Shown: piece by piece, positions 18,633-28,061 of the stretch | How positions within the stretch are numbered: the first letter of the stretch is position 1 | Layout: the number at the start of each line of letters is the position of its first letter | Assembly (NCBI GenBank): GCA_946413585.1 | Contig: CAMKLG010000011.1 | Location: forward strand, 1,717 to 65,716 | DNA length: 64,000 bases | Source of the DNA: an uncultured Bacteroidales bacterium | GTDB lineage: Bacteria > Bacteroidota > Bacteroidia > Bacteroidales > WCHB1-69 | Reading direction: 5' to 3' | Program-made: the position numbers and the translations under genes | Notes under the pieces: generated by a model | Databases searched by the model: none | Told to the model about the DNA's origin: nothing | The model's input: only the letters and a program-made list of their open reading frames with translations

Positions 18633-18797
18633 ATGGGAAATTTAACAACAGAACAGATTGAACAAAAGAAAGAGCAGCTTAAGAAGCTGATGCAAGAGGC
18701 TAATGCCTTGAAGGATGAACTCGTGGCCGCAGGCGCATGGCCGCTCGGCGATGACGACCTCGACGGTGTGGCAGGTGGATCGAGGAGACCTCGATAA
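18633..18797 (+). CDS. double-glycine leader precursor peptide P3 (core SRRPR)
   Basis: Hand translation: MGNLTTEQIEQKKEQLKKLMQEANALKDELVAAGAWPLGDDDLDGVAGG-SRRPR*. Below the ORF-track size cut-off. Confidence 0.8.
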   Translation: MGNLTTEQIEQKKEQLKKLMQEANALKDELVAAGAWPLGDDDLDGVAGGSRRPR

Positions 18798-18884
18798 CAC
18801 TAAATGGGCTTTCGTGGAGGGATACTGCGCCGTGCCAACTAAAACAACGAATTGAATTCAGGCGAATGATATTCATTAATTTTA

Positions 18885-18892
18885 TATATTTG
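18885..18892 (+). promoter_or_regulatory. internal -7 promoter element before P4 and the partner-switch/export genes
   Basis: TATATTTG ending 36 nt before ATG 18928. Confidence 0.55.
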
Positions 18893-18927
18893 CACTTCTG
18901 TTTTCTAACCCTTAAAATCAAACCATT

Positions 18928-19113
18928 ATGGAAAATTTGACAAAAGAACAGATCGAACAAAAGAAAGAGCAACTCAATAATCTGTTGCAAGAGGCAAAAG
19001 CCTTGAAGGATGAACTCGTAGCCGCAGGAGAATGGCCTATCGACGATGACGACCTCGACAATGTCGCCGGGATGGGCTTGCTCCCCATGGATATATTTGG
19101 CAAATTTCGTTAA
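18928..19113 (+). CDS. leader precursor peptide P4 (DLDNVAGM-GLLPMDIFGKFR; non-canonical GM at the GG position)
   Basis: Same leader family, 61 aa. Confidence 0.82.
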   Translation: MENLTKEQIEQKKEQLNNLLQEAKALKDELVAAGEWPIDDDDLDNVAGMGLLPMDIFGKFR

Positions 19114-19231
19114 CCGGGGTATCCATCTGGCCTAATGGAAGATTGTGCGACAGGCTTTGACCGCGACATCGGACACAGCTTTTCGTATCCTTGCTGCGGG
19201 TTTATTACCATCACTAATTGTCATTATTGTT

Positions 19232-19639
19232 ATGAAAAGAGAATTGATATTCAAAAATGAGGAACAGGAGTTGATGCGCGTTGCCGAATTCATGGAGAGC
19301 GTGTGCGACGAACTTCAACTCGACATGCACGTGGCTATGAAGCTTCAGGTGGCCATGGAGGAGATGGTGACCAATGTCATCTTCTATGCCTACCCCGAAG
19401 GCACCACCGCAGACATCTCCCTTACCGCGGAGAGTGACGACCATGAGGTGACTTTTGTGCTCTCTGACTCAGGGATGCCTTTCGATCCGACGGCGAAAGA
19501 GGATGCGGACACTGAAACGAATCCAATGGATCGCGAGCAGGGTGGAATGGGAATCCTCATCGTGAAGAACATCATGAATGAGGTCTCCTACCAACGGCTA
19601 GGCGACACGAATCAGTTGACCATGAAGAAAAAATTATAA
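19232..19639 (+). CDS. anti-sigma factor Ser kinase, RsbW/SpoIIAB-like
   Basis: EEMVTNVIFYAY, DSGMPFDP, GGMGILIVKNIM (HATPase_c_2). Confidence 0.9.
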   Translation: MKRELIFKNEEQELMRVAEFMESVCDELQLDMHVAMKLQVAMEEMVTNVIFYAYPEGTTADISLTAESDDHEVTFVLSDSGMPFDPTAKEDADTETNPMDREQGGMGILIVKNIMNEVSYQRLGDTNQLTMKKKL

Positions 19640-19673
19640 CATTCACGCAAAAAAAATAGAACATCAAAATATT

Positions 19674-19979
19674 ATGACTGAGATTATTAAGGAAGAAGGA
19701 AAGACTATCGTAAAAACAGGTTCGCGCATCGACACATTGAATGCCGCACAATTCGAACAAGAGATCCAGCCCGCTTTGGAGCAAGGAGTCAATTTGGAGA
19801 TTGACTGCACGGAGTTGGGATATATGGCCAGTTCCGGTCTGCGCATTCTGCAGGCCACGATGCGTACCGTCGTCCGCAGTCTTGGCGGCCAGATGAAGCT
19901 GACACATGTGAACGACGATATTTTCGACATTCTGAAGATGACCGGTTTTACCCGTCATATCACCGTTGAGAGGGCATAG
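19674..19979 (+). CDS. STAS anti-sigma factor antagonist, RsbV/SpoIIAA-like
   Basis: RIDTLNA, LGYMASSGLR phospho-Ser motif, DILKMTGF. Confidence 0.9.
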   Translation: MTEIIKEEGKTIVKTGSRIDTLNAAQFEQEIQPALEQGVNLEIDCTELGYMASSGLRILQATMRTVVRSLGGQMKLTHVNDDIFDILKMTGFTRHITVERA

Positions 19980-19982
19980 TGT

Positions 19983-20819
19983 ATGTCCAGCATATTTAAC
20001 CAAGAGGCCCTTGCTGCATTGGACGACCACAGCGAAGAGCGGGAGATGGCGCGTGTGACGTCACCGAAAATCCAGCTGGTGCTCGCCGCCATGGTCGCCA
20101 TGATTGTGGTGGTGCTTTTTTGGTGTGTTTTTGGAACCATCAATTATAAAGTGACCGCGCAGGGGGTGGTATTTCCTTTCGGGGAAGCCTCGCCGGTGAG
20201 TGTGCCCTATGAAGGGACCGTCAGTCGTTGTCTGGTGGGGCATGGCGAGGCCGTGTCTTACGGGACCCCGGTGGTGGAAATCCGCACACCCCTCTCCACC
20301 ACGGCGGTGGCTGCGCCGCGCGACGGGGTGGTCATCTCCACCCTCCAGCCTGGCACGCCGTTCAAGGCCGGGGAGCCGGTGGCCTGGCTCTTGCCCCAGG
20401 CGCAGAAGATGAGCAACCGCGAGATACTCTGCTATGTGACGTATGACGGGCTGCGCGACCTCAAAAAGGGCATGCAGGTGCAAGTCACCCCCGCCAACCG
20501 GCAACGTGAACGCTGGGGCTACGCTTACGGCACCCTGGTGGGCATCGAACAATACCCGACCAACCGTCAGGAAATCGTCAATCGTGTGAAACTCGACCCC
20601 TTGGCCGCCTTCATCGAGGACGGGCAAGCCGTTTACGAGGTTCGCGTGACCTTAGATGAGAAGGATGGGAATCTCGTGTGGAGTCGCGAGAAGAGCCAGA
20701 ATATCAAAATCGGCAACGGTTCCCTCTGCAACATCCAGATCATTACCAGAAAGAAACCAGTGTGGCGTGTGCTCTTCGGAGCCATAGACAACGCCACTGA
20801 AACAATAATGGGAAACTAA
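19983..20819 (+). CDS. NHLM-type bacteriocin secretion membrane fusion protein (HlyD-like)
   Basis: SIFNQEAL N-terminus, single TM, KKGMQVQVTP...RERWGY..G. Confidence 0.85.
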   Translation: MSSIFNQEALAALDDHSEEREMARVTSPKIQLVLAAMVAMIVVVLFWCVFGTINYKVTAQGVVFPFGEASPVSVPYEGTVSRCLVGHGEAVSYGTPVVEIRTPLSTTAVAAPRDGVVISTLQPGTPFKAGEPVAWLLPQAQKMSNREILCYVTYDGLRDLKKGMQVQVTPANRQRERWGYAYGTLVGIEQYPTNRQEIVNRVKLDPLAAFIEDGQAVYEVRVTLDEKDGNLVWSREKSQNIKIGNGSLCNIQIITRKKPVWRVLFGAIDNATETIMGN

Positions 20820-20828
20820 GCTGTCGTT

Positions 20829-22979
20829 ATGGCCAGGAACAAGGGGGCAAAAGTGGCAAAAGTGCCAATGGTGATGCAGATGGAAGCGGTGGAATGCGGA
20901 GCCGCTTCGTTGGCCATGATTCTGGCTTATTACGGGAAGTGGCTGCCCTTGGAGCAGGTGCGGGCAGATTGCGGGGTGAGTCGTGATGGGTCCACCGCGA
21001 AGAGCATTCTTCGGGCCGCACGCAACTATGGCCTCGATGCCAAAGGCTTCCGCATGCCCCCTGAAGCATTAGAGGGCAAACAGCCCGCCATCATCCATTG
21101 GAATTTCGATCACTTCGTGGTCTTCCGAGGCTTCGACCGCAAGGGCAACGCTTGTCTGAACGACCCAGGCTCCGGCCCCGTGAAGTATCCCCTCGAAGAG
21201 TTCCGCAAGCATTTCACCGGTGTCTGCCTCACCTTCTCCCCGACGGAAAAGTTCGAGAGAAGCGGCCAGCAGACGAGCATTTTGTCGTACATCCGCCGGA
21301 ACATGAAAGGTTCGCGCGAAGCGTTCTGGCTCACCTTCATCTTCGCCCTGATGGCCGCATTTGTGGCTCTCATCACCCCGGTTTTCACCCGTATCTTCTT
21401 GGATGAGATTCTTACAGGCAACAAGAATGATTGGGTTTCGTACTTTTTCGTCGCCATGGGCACGGTTGCTCTTTATCAATTCTTCGTGGTGCTTCTGAAA
21501 AGCCGCTACGCCAAACGGGTGGCGGGTTCCTTGGCATTGAAGGGGAACAAGGAGTATCTCCGGCATCTGTTCCGATTGCCCATGTCGTTTTTCGCCATGC
21601 GGCACGTCGGCGACTTGCAACAACGTATGCACTTGAACCAGACCATCACCCATTCGCTGGTGGAGGTCATCGCCCCGCAAGCCATCAACATCGTATTACT
21701 CACTCTTTACGTCATCCTGATGTTTTCCTACTCCATCGGGTTGACTATCATCGGCATTGTGGCCGCCGTCTTGAACCTGGCTTTGGTGAAATATTTCGCG
21801 GATCAACGCATCAACCTCACCCGATCCATGGAACAGAGTGTGGGAAAATACGTGTCAGCAACCGTCTCTTGCATTGACAATATGGAGAGCATCAAGGCGG
21901 CAGGCGCGGAAACGGGTTTCTTCAAATATTGGAGCGGACTCTGGGCGCACAAGTTCAATGTCAACAACAACGTCGCCAAAGAGCAGGTTTGGGTTTCCAT
22001 TCTGCCGGTTGTCGTCACCGGACTGGTGAATGTGCTGGTGTTGGTGTTAGGGGCCTTCCTGATCATACAAGGCGAGATGACTGTCGGTATGCTCATGGCT
22101 TTCCAAGGATTCATGGGGGCGTTTCTCGCGCCCGTGAACGAGATTGTGAACGCCACGCAGACTATCGTGGAGATGCGCAGTCAGATGGAACGGGTGGAGG
22201 ATGTGATGAAATACCCGGAAGACCACCGCGACATGGAAGGCGAAGTGGTTCAAGGCAAGTTGGGCGGCCTTTTGGAGCTGAAACACGTGACGTTCGGTTA
22301 TTCGCCGCTCCAGCCTCCTCTCATTGAGGATTTCAACCTGCGTGTCGAGCCCGGCCACAGTGTCGCCTTCGTCGGCACCTCCGGTTGTGGCAAATCGACC
22401 TTGGCCAAGCTCATCTCCGGACTCTACAAGCCCTGGAGCGGGGAAATCCTGTTCGACGGACGGCCCATCGAGAGCATCTCCAGCGAGGAGTTGACCAATT
22501 CAGTAGCCGTCATCGACCAGAATGTGGTGCTCTTCGACGACACGGTGGCGCAGAACATCCGTATGTGGGATCCCTCCATCGAGGATTTCACCATGATGAT
22601 CGCTTGCAACGATGCACAGATCCGCGCCGACATTGTGAGCCGTCCGGAAGGGTTCGGCACCAAGATCGTCAAGGGCGGTCAGAACTTCAGCGGCGGACAG
22701 CGGCAGCGCATGGAGATTGCCACGGCACTCGCCAAGGAACCCGCCATCCTCATCATGGACGAGGCCACCAGCGCCCTCGACCCCAAGACCGAGGACGAGG
22801 TGATGACCCGCATCCGCCGCATGGGTCCGACGCAGATTATCGTTGCCCACCGCCTCTCCACCATCCGCGACTGCGACGAGATCATCGTCATGGACCAAGG
22901 CAGGATCCTGCAACGCGGCCGGCATGAGGAATTGATCAATGAAGAAGGGTTTTACCGGAAGCTGATGAGGAGCGAGTGA
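20829..22979 (+). CDS. NHLP-type peptidase-containing ABC transporter (C39 + permease + ATPase)
   Basis: QMEAVECGAASL catalytic Cys, HWNFDHFVV His, GTSGCGKST, FSGGQRQR, DEATSALD. Confidence 0.95.
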   Translation: MARNKGAKVAKVPMVMQMEAVECGAASLAMILAYYGKWLPLEQVRADCGVSRDGSTAKSILRAARNYGLDAKGFRMPPEALEGKQPAIIHWNFDHFVVFRGFDRKGNACLNDPGSGPVKYPLEEFRKHFTGVCLTFSPTEKFERSGQQTSILSYIRRNMKGSREAFWLTFIFALMAAFVALITPVFTRIFLDEILTGNKNDWVSYFFVAMGTVALYQFFVVLLKSRYAKRVAGSLALKGNKEYLRHLFRLPMSFFAMRHVGDLQQRMHLNQTITHSLVEVIAPQAINIVLLTLYVILMFSYSIGLTIIGIVAAVLNLALVKYFADQRINLTRSMEQSVGKYVSATVSCIDNMESIKAAGAETGFFKYWSGLWAHKFNVNNNVAKEQVWVSILPVVVTGLVNVLVLVLGAFLIIQGEMTVGMLMAFQGFMGAFLAPVNEIVNATQTIVEMRSQMERVEDVMKYPEDHRDMEGEVVQGKLGGLLELKHVTFGYSPLQPPLIEDFNLRVEPGHSVAFVGTSGCGKSTLAKLISGLYKPWSGEILFDGRPIESISSEELTNSVAVIDQNVVLFDDTVAQNIRMWDPSIEDFTMMIACNDAQIRADIVSRPEGFGTKIVKGGQNFSGGQRQRMEIATALAKEPAILIMDEATSALDPKTEDEVMTRIRRMGPTQIIVAHRLSTIRDCDEIIVMDQGRILQRGRHEELINEEGFYRKLMRSE

Positions 22980-23041
22980 TTATGGTTTACGGTTTAGGAG
23001 TTATAGTCGGAAATACCCCAATATAATTGAATATAATTCCT

Positions 23042-23114
23042 TAAGCAGCCCCGTCAGGGGCAAGAGCTCGGTAGCCAGGGGCAGGCGTGAGGAACGAACG
23101 CTGCAACCCCTGGG
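23042..23114 (+). repeat. REP-like composite palindrome
   Basis: GCCCC-GTCA-GGGGC hairpin plus CCAGGGG...CCCCTGG; second partial copy at 26216. Confidence 0.7.
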
Positions 23115-23158
23115 AGAAAAAGAGGAAGAAATGAATTGTGAATTGATATTGAGTTAGA

Positions 23159-25327
23159 ATGGCAATATATTTGAACCAAATCAACAAACGTCGTGCGGCC
23201 GAACGGGCTGCCATGGCTGAAGTGAACGAGAAGACGAGCCAACGGCTTGGACTTTTCGGCAGTAAGCGTGTGGTGCCTCAGAACGACGAGAGTGCGTTGC
23301 GTCAGGTGCTCGAAGCCTTGGAAATCCAGGATTACGAGCTGGAGGACAACGACATGGTCACGCCGGAGGAACAGCTGACAGGCATCCTTCGTCCGCGCGG
23401 CATTATGATGCGCGACATCCAGCTTCGGGGCGATTGGTGGAAAGAGTGCATCGGGCCGCTCTTGGGCTATACCACGGACGGACGGTTGATAGCCCTCATG
23501 CCGACCAAAACCGGCTTAGGATACCAATACCGCGAGCAGGACGGCACCATTCGCAAGGTGGGGCATCGCGAGATGGAGAAAGAACTGAAACCCAAAGCCA
23601 TCACCTTCACCAAGGCCTTGCCGCTTACCCCGCTTCGGGTCAAGGACCTCCTCGGGTTCACCTGGAGTGTCATTTCCGGGCCCAATGCTCTGCTCTTGGT
23701 GATTTGCGCTCTTGTGGTGGTGCTGCTCGCCATGTTCACCCCCATGGCCAACAAACTCATCTTCGACACCGTGATCCCTACGGGTGACGCTTCCGGCTTG
23801 TTGCCCATCACCGGTCTCCTCATCGGAGCAACGCTCAGCACATTGCTGTTGACACTCACCCGCAATCTTTACATCATCCGAATCCGGAACATAGCGGAAA
23901 TGCATGTGCAGAATGCCATCATGGCTCGCACATTCCTGCTCTCCCCGACCTTCTTCTCGAGAAACCCCAGCGGTGAACTCTCCGAGAAGCTGAATAACGT
24001 CTCCACGCTCGCCACCCTCCTCAACGAAGCGATGGTGGGTGCCCTGTTAAACGCGGTGTTGAGCGTCATCTATCTCATTCAGGTCAACATTTATGGAGGC
24101 AAGCTGTTTTGGCCGGCAGTAGCCGTGATTGTATTGCAGTATGGTGCGCTCCTCCTGAATTACCGCAGGGCTGTTTATGTGCAGAACAACTACACGGAGC
24201 GGGTAGCCAAACTCAGCGGTCTGGAGTATAACCTTTTCGCGGGTATCCAGAAATTGAAACTGACGGGCAGCGAGACTCGCGCCTTTGCCCGTTGGCTCGA
24301 CCACTACAGTGAAACGGCCCGGTTCCTCTACAATCCCGCTCTCAAGAGTCGCCTTTATCCTGCCTTCACGGCCTTTTTAGGCATAGGCGGCACCATGTTC
24401 ATCTTCTGGAGCACCCTCTCCAACGGTGTCTCCACCTCCGACTATATCGCCTTCAGCTCTGCTTTCGGCATGATGACCGCTGCCATCACCCAATTGCAGC
24501 TGGTGATACCGAACCTGTCACAAATCAAGCCTCTGCTGGAGAGCGTGAAACCCATTTTGGAGGAAGTTCCGGAGATGGAAGACAAGGCCCCCCAGGTGGA
24601 GGATCTCTTTGGCGGTATCGAGATATCCGGTCTCTCTTTCCGTTATCAGGAAGATGGGCCGATGATTCTCGATGACCTCTCCCTCAAAATCGAGCCCGGC
24701 GAGTATGTTGGCATCGTGGGGAAGTCGGGCTGCGGAAAATCTACCCTGATAAGATTGCTGCTCGGCTTTGAGCAGCCGCTTTCCGGGGGTATTTATTATG
24801 ACAATTACGACTTGGCGAAGGTCGATAAGGCCTCGCTGCGCCGCAAGATCGGTTGCTGTTTGCAAAGCGGAAGCCTCTTCACGGGCGACCTCTTCCACAA
24901 CATCACCGTCACCGCGCCGTGGGCCACGCACGAGGACGCTTGGGAAGCGTTGAGGATGGCCAGTTTGGAGGACGATGTGCGCAAAATGCCGATGGGACTC
25001 TTCACGTTGGTCAGCGAGGGCGGCGGCGGGTTGAGCGGCGGACAGAAACAGCGCATTCTCATCGCACGGGCCCTGATTTCCAAACCCGACATTCTCTTCT
25101 TCGACGAGGCGACCTCGGCCCTCGACAACATTGCCCAGAAGACCGTCAGCGACAATCTCGACGAGCTGATGTGCACCCGCGTGGTCATCGCCCACCGCCT
25201 CTCCACCATCCGCCACTGTGACCGCATCATTGTACTCGACAAAGGCAAAATCGCCGAGGAGGGAACCTTCGAGGAATTGATGGAAAACAAAGGATTGTTC
25301 TACGAAATGAGCCTCAGACAAATATAG
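23159..25327 (+). CDS. NHLM-type second ABC transporter subunit (degenerate C39-like N-terminus)
   Basis: L.PRGIM.R.I.L.GDWW....GPLLG N-domain, TMD, GKSGCGKST, LSGGQKQR. Confidence 0.92.
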   Translation: MAIYLNQINKRRAAERAAMAEVNEKTSQRLGLFGSKRVVPQNDESALRQVLEALEIQDYELEDNDMVTPEEQLTGILRPRGIMMRDIQLRGDWWKECIGPLLGYTTDGRLIALMPTKTGLGYQYREQDGTIRKVGHREMEKELKPKAITFTKALPLTPLRVKDLLGFTWSVISGPNALLLVICALVVVLLAMFTPMANKLIFDTVIPTGDASGLLPITGLLIGATLSTLLLTLTRNLYIIRIRNIAEMHVQNAIMARTFLLSPTFFSRNPSGELSEKLNNVSTLATLLNEAMVGALLNAVLSVIYLIQVNIYGGKLFWPAVAVIVLQYGALLLNYRRAVYVQNNYTERVAKLSGLEYNLFAGIQKLKLTGSETRAFARWLDHYSETARFLYNPALKSRLYPAFTAFLGIGGTMFIFWSTLSNGVSTSDYIAFSSAFGMMTAAITQLQLVIPNLSQIKPLLESVKPILEEVPEMEDKAPQVEDLFGGIEISGLSFRYQEDGPMILDDLSLKIEPGEYVGIVGKSGCGKSTLIRLLLGFEQPLSGGIYYDNYDLAKVDKASLRRKIGCCLQSGSLFTGDLFHNITVTAPWATHEDAWEALRMASLEDDVRKMPMGLFTLVSEGGGGLSGGQKQRILIARALISKPDILFFDEATSALDNIAQKTVSDNLDELMCTRVVIAHRLSTIRHCDRIIVLDKGKIAEEGTFEELMENKGLFYEMSLRQI

Positions 25328-25333
25328 TATAAC

Positions 25334-26218
25334 ATGTTGAATATGAACACTATAAAAAACATAATTTTCATAACGGCAGTGATGGCTTTGCTGGCGGGCT
25401 GCGGTAAGAAAGAGATGCCTGTGGATGCCACGAAGGCAGCATCCTCGCCCACAGAAAAAGCCGCCGATGCTGAAGAGGATGTGCCGGATGCAAGGCTGAC
25501 CACGATAGGCAAAGTGGTGGCCACCCGATACGCCGACCTGGCCTTCGAGACGGCGTTGCCCATCGAACGTGTGCTGGTTCGCAACGGACAGCATGTCAAG
25601 CAGGGGCAAACCCTTGCCGTGCTGGAGGTCTTCAAGCTACGCAACGCCATCGAGCAGCAGGAGCAAGCCATCGAGAAGGCGCAGTTAGAGATGGAGCAGG
25701 CCGATTTGAAAATGCAGGATGTGATTATCACGCAGGGTTATGACCCCGACAAGGCCTCCTCGGTGCCCGAAAAGGTGAGGCACAACGCCGACGTGAAGTC
25801 CGGTTACGCCTTGTCGAAGAGTGAACTTGCGGCCGCGCACACACGACTTGCGGCCGCCCAGCATGAGCTGCGAAGCGGAACACTGACAGCCCCGTTCGAC
25901 GGCGTGGTGGCCAACCTCAGTGTCCAAGCCCACCAGCTGGCACAACCCAGTCAGGTGGTCTGCCGCGTGATTGATGACAAGGAAATGCAGGTCGAGTTCC
26001 ACGTGATGGAAACCGAGCTGCCGCTTTTCAAGACAGGCACGGAGGTCACAGTGATCCCCTTGGTTGATAAAACAGCCCGTCACAAGGCCGTGGTCAACGA
26101 AATCAACCCGATGGTCGATGCCCAGGGCACCGTCACCATACGCGCCCGCCTCACCACAGCCACAGACCTGTTCGACGGGATGAATGTGGAGGTGATTAGA
26201 ATACCCCAAATTCCCTAA
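25334..26218 (+). CDS. efflux periplasmic adaptor subunit (lipoprotein)
   Basis: LAGC lipobox, VRNGQHVKQGQTLA, LTAPFDGVV. Confidence 0.88.
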   Translation: MLNMNTIKNIIFITAVMALLAGCGKKEMPVDATKAASSPTEKAADAEEDVPDARLTTIGKVVATRYADLAFETALPIERVLVRNGQHVKQGQTLAVLEVFKLRNAIEQQEQAIEKAQLEMEQADLKMQDVIITQGYDPDKASSVPEKVRHNADVKSGYALSKSELAAAHTRLAAAQHELRSGTLTAPFDGVVANLSVQAHQLAQPSQVVCRVIDDKEMQVEFHVMETELPLFKTGTEVTVIPLVDKTARHKAVVNEINPMVDAQGTVTIRARLTTATDLFDGMNVEVIRIPQIP

Positions 26219-26274
26219 GCAGCCCCGTTAGGGGCAAGAGTTCGGTAGCCAGGGGTCAGGCGTGAGGGACGAAC
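26216..26274 (+). repeat. REP-like element, partial copy of 23042-23114
   Basis: taagcagccccgttaggggcaagagttcggtagccagggg. Confidence 0.7.
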
Positions 26275-26324
26275 TCAGTATTTGGGATGAGAAGGGAATC
26301 AATGATTATGAATGATGAATTAAT

Positions 26325-27797
26325 ATGAGATATCGGATTTTTTTTGGTTTATGGGTTTTGATGGTTTTCGGGGGTGGCACGGGCTTTGCGCAGCGGAAGG
26401 TGGTGCTTGACCTGGAACGCGCCGTGCGCCTGGCCACCGACAGTTCGCTCACGGCGCAGAAACACCAGAGCGTGTACGACATCTCGCGCTATCAATACCT
26501 GTCGTGGGTTGCCACCCGAAAGCCGCAGATCTCCTTGGAAGCCACCCCTTTCCTGCATGAGCGGTACATGACTCGGCGCTATCTTTCGTTCGAGGACATC
26601 GACGAATTCCGGATGCAGCAGGACATCTATTCCCAGGCGGGCATCACTATCACGCAAGCTATGGAGCCGTGGGGTGGCGAGTTCTATGGCTCTTCACAAC
26701 TCGGTTTCCTTCACACGTTCGGCGAGATCAGCCAAAACCAATTCATGACCATCCCGATTGCAGTGGGATACCGTCAGAATCTACTTTTCTACAACCCATG
26801 GAAATGGGCAAAGAAGATCGAACCGTTGAAGCTCAGTCGCGCCGAGCAGGAGCTTTCCTACGGCATCGAGACGGCGAGTGAGCAGGCGGTGGAGAAATTC
26901 TTCAACTTGGCCATGGCTCAAGACGGTTTGCGCATGGCGGAGAAGTTTCTCGCGTCGTGCGATACCATCTACGCCATTGCCGAACGCCGTTTCAACATTG
27001 CCAGCATTTCTAAAGCGGAACTTTCCATTCTCCAATTGGACAAGACCAACGCCCGCATCGCACTCGCCAATGCGCGTATCGCCCACACTCGTGCCATGCA
27101 GGAGTTGGCGACTTACCTCGGGATGGACCGTTCCACATACCTAGAACTGGAAGTTCCCGACCTTATGCAGGGGTTGCGCATCGACACTGAGGAGGCGGTA
27201 CGAAATGCCCGCGAGAACAATCCCCGCTACATGGAGAGCCGTCAGACCACCGAGGAAGCACGCCGCGATGCCGCAAAAGCCCGTGTGGAAAAGAATCTCA
27301 ACCTGAGTCTGGATGTCAGCATAGGCCTCAACCAGGTGGCATACCGCTTTGTGGACGCCTACATGCACCCGCTTTTGCAGGACATGGCGATGGTGACGCT
27401 CTCCGTGCCGATCGTTGATTGGGGAAAGCGCAAAAACGCGTACATGGCCGCCATGAGCAAGGTGGAGGCCGCCGAACGTGCTGAACAGGAGGTCGCCCGC
27501 GACACGGAACTCGACGTGATGCTGACGGTCAGCGAGTTCAACGAGCAGCAGACCATTGTGGAAGCCTCCCAAGAAGCACTGAACATTGCGGAAGAGGCGT
27601 ACAATCAGACCCTTCTCCGTTTTATCAAGGCACAGGCGAACACCACCGACCTCTCTTTGGCGCAGACGAACTGGCTGACCGCCCAGCAGAACAAAATCGC
27701 CAGCCTGCAGAATTATTGGATCACCTACTACCGCCTGCGCCGTCTGACCCTTTATGACTATCAGCAAAGACAAGTTATCCGGTATGTTCGCGAATAG
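26325..27797 (+). CDS. TolC family outer membrane efflux protein
   Basis: Signal peptide, two OEP-like halves, LSVPIVDWGKRK, YYRLRRLTLYDY. Confidence 0.9.
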   Translation: MRYRIFFGLWVLMVFGGGTGFAQRKVVLDLERAVRLATDSSLTAQKHQSVYDISRYQYLSWVATRKPQISLEATPFLHERYMTRRYLSFEDIDEFRMQQDIYSQAGITITQAMEPWGGEFYGSSQLGFLHTFGEISQNQFMTIPIAVGYRQNLLFYNPWKWAKKIEPLKLSRAEQELSYGIETASEQAVEKFFNLAMAQDGLRMAEKFLASCDTIYAIAERRFNIASISKAELSILQLDKTNARIALANARIAHTRAMQELATYLGMDRSTYLELEVPDLMQGLRIDTEEAVRNARENNPRYMESRQTTEEARRDAAKARVEKNLNLSLDVSIGLNQVAYRFVDAYMHPLLQDMAMVTLSVPIVDWGKRKNAYMAAMSKVEAAERAEQEVARDTELDVMLTVSEFNEQQTIVEASQEALNIAEEAYNQTLLRFIKAQANTTDLSLAQTNWLTAQQNKIASLQNYWITYYRLRRLTLYDYQQRQVIRYVRE

Positions 27798-27862
27798 AAG
27801 TATGGGAGAAGATGCATGTCAGGAAGCAGAAAGAAATTTACAGAATCAAAGAATAAACGATT

Positions 27863-28045
27863 ATGGAAAAACTGACAAAAGAACAAGTTGAGCAAAAGAA
27901 AGAACAGCTCGTGAAGTTATTAAAAGAAGCCCAAGTCCTGAAGGACGAGCTCATGGCCGTGGGGGAATGGCCTCTTGACGAGGACGATCTCGACAGCGTC
28001 ACCGGCGGAATATTCGTAGGCGGCCAACAAAATGATTGGATATAA
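27863..28045 (+). CDS. double-glycine leader precursor peptide P5 (core IFVGGQQNDWI)
   Basis: MEKLTKEQVEQKKEQL...WPLDEDDLDSVTGG. Confidence 0.85.
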   Translation: MEKLTKEQVEQKKEQLVKLLKEAQVLKDELMAVGEWPLDEDDLDSVTGGIFVGGQQNDWI

Positions 28046-28061
28046 TCCTTGTTGATTGCCG

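Noticed and set aside
18778-18855. Frameshift hiding a longer P3 core (alternative frame DRGDLDNTKWAFVEGYCAVPTKTTN)
   Set aside because: No slippery site or homology supports it. Read-level data would be needed.
10645-28045. Classical modified RiPP (TOMM/lanthipeptide) cluster
   Set aside because: Cores lack Cys and are Ser/Thr-poor, and there is no maturase in the window. Enzymes acting in trans cannot be excluded.
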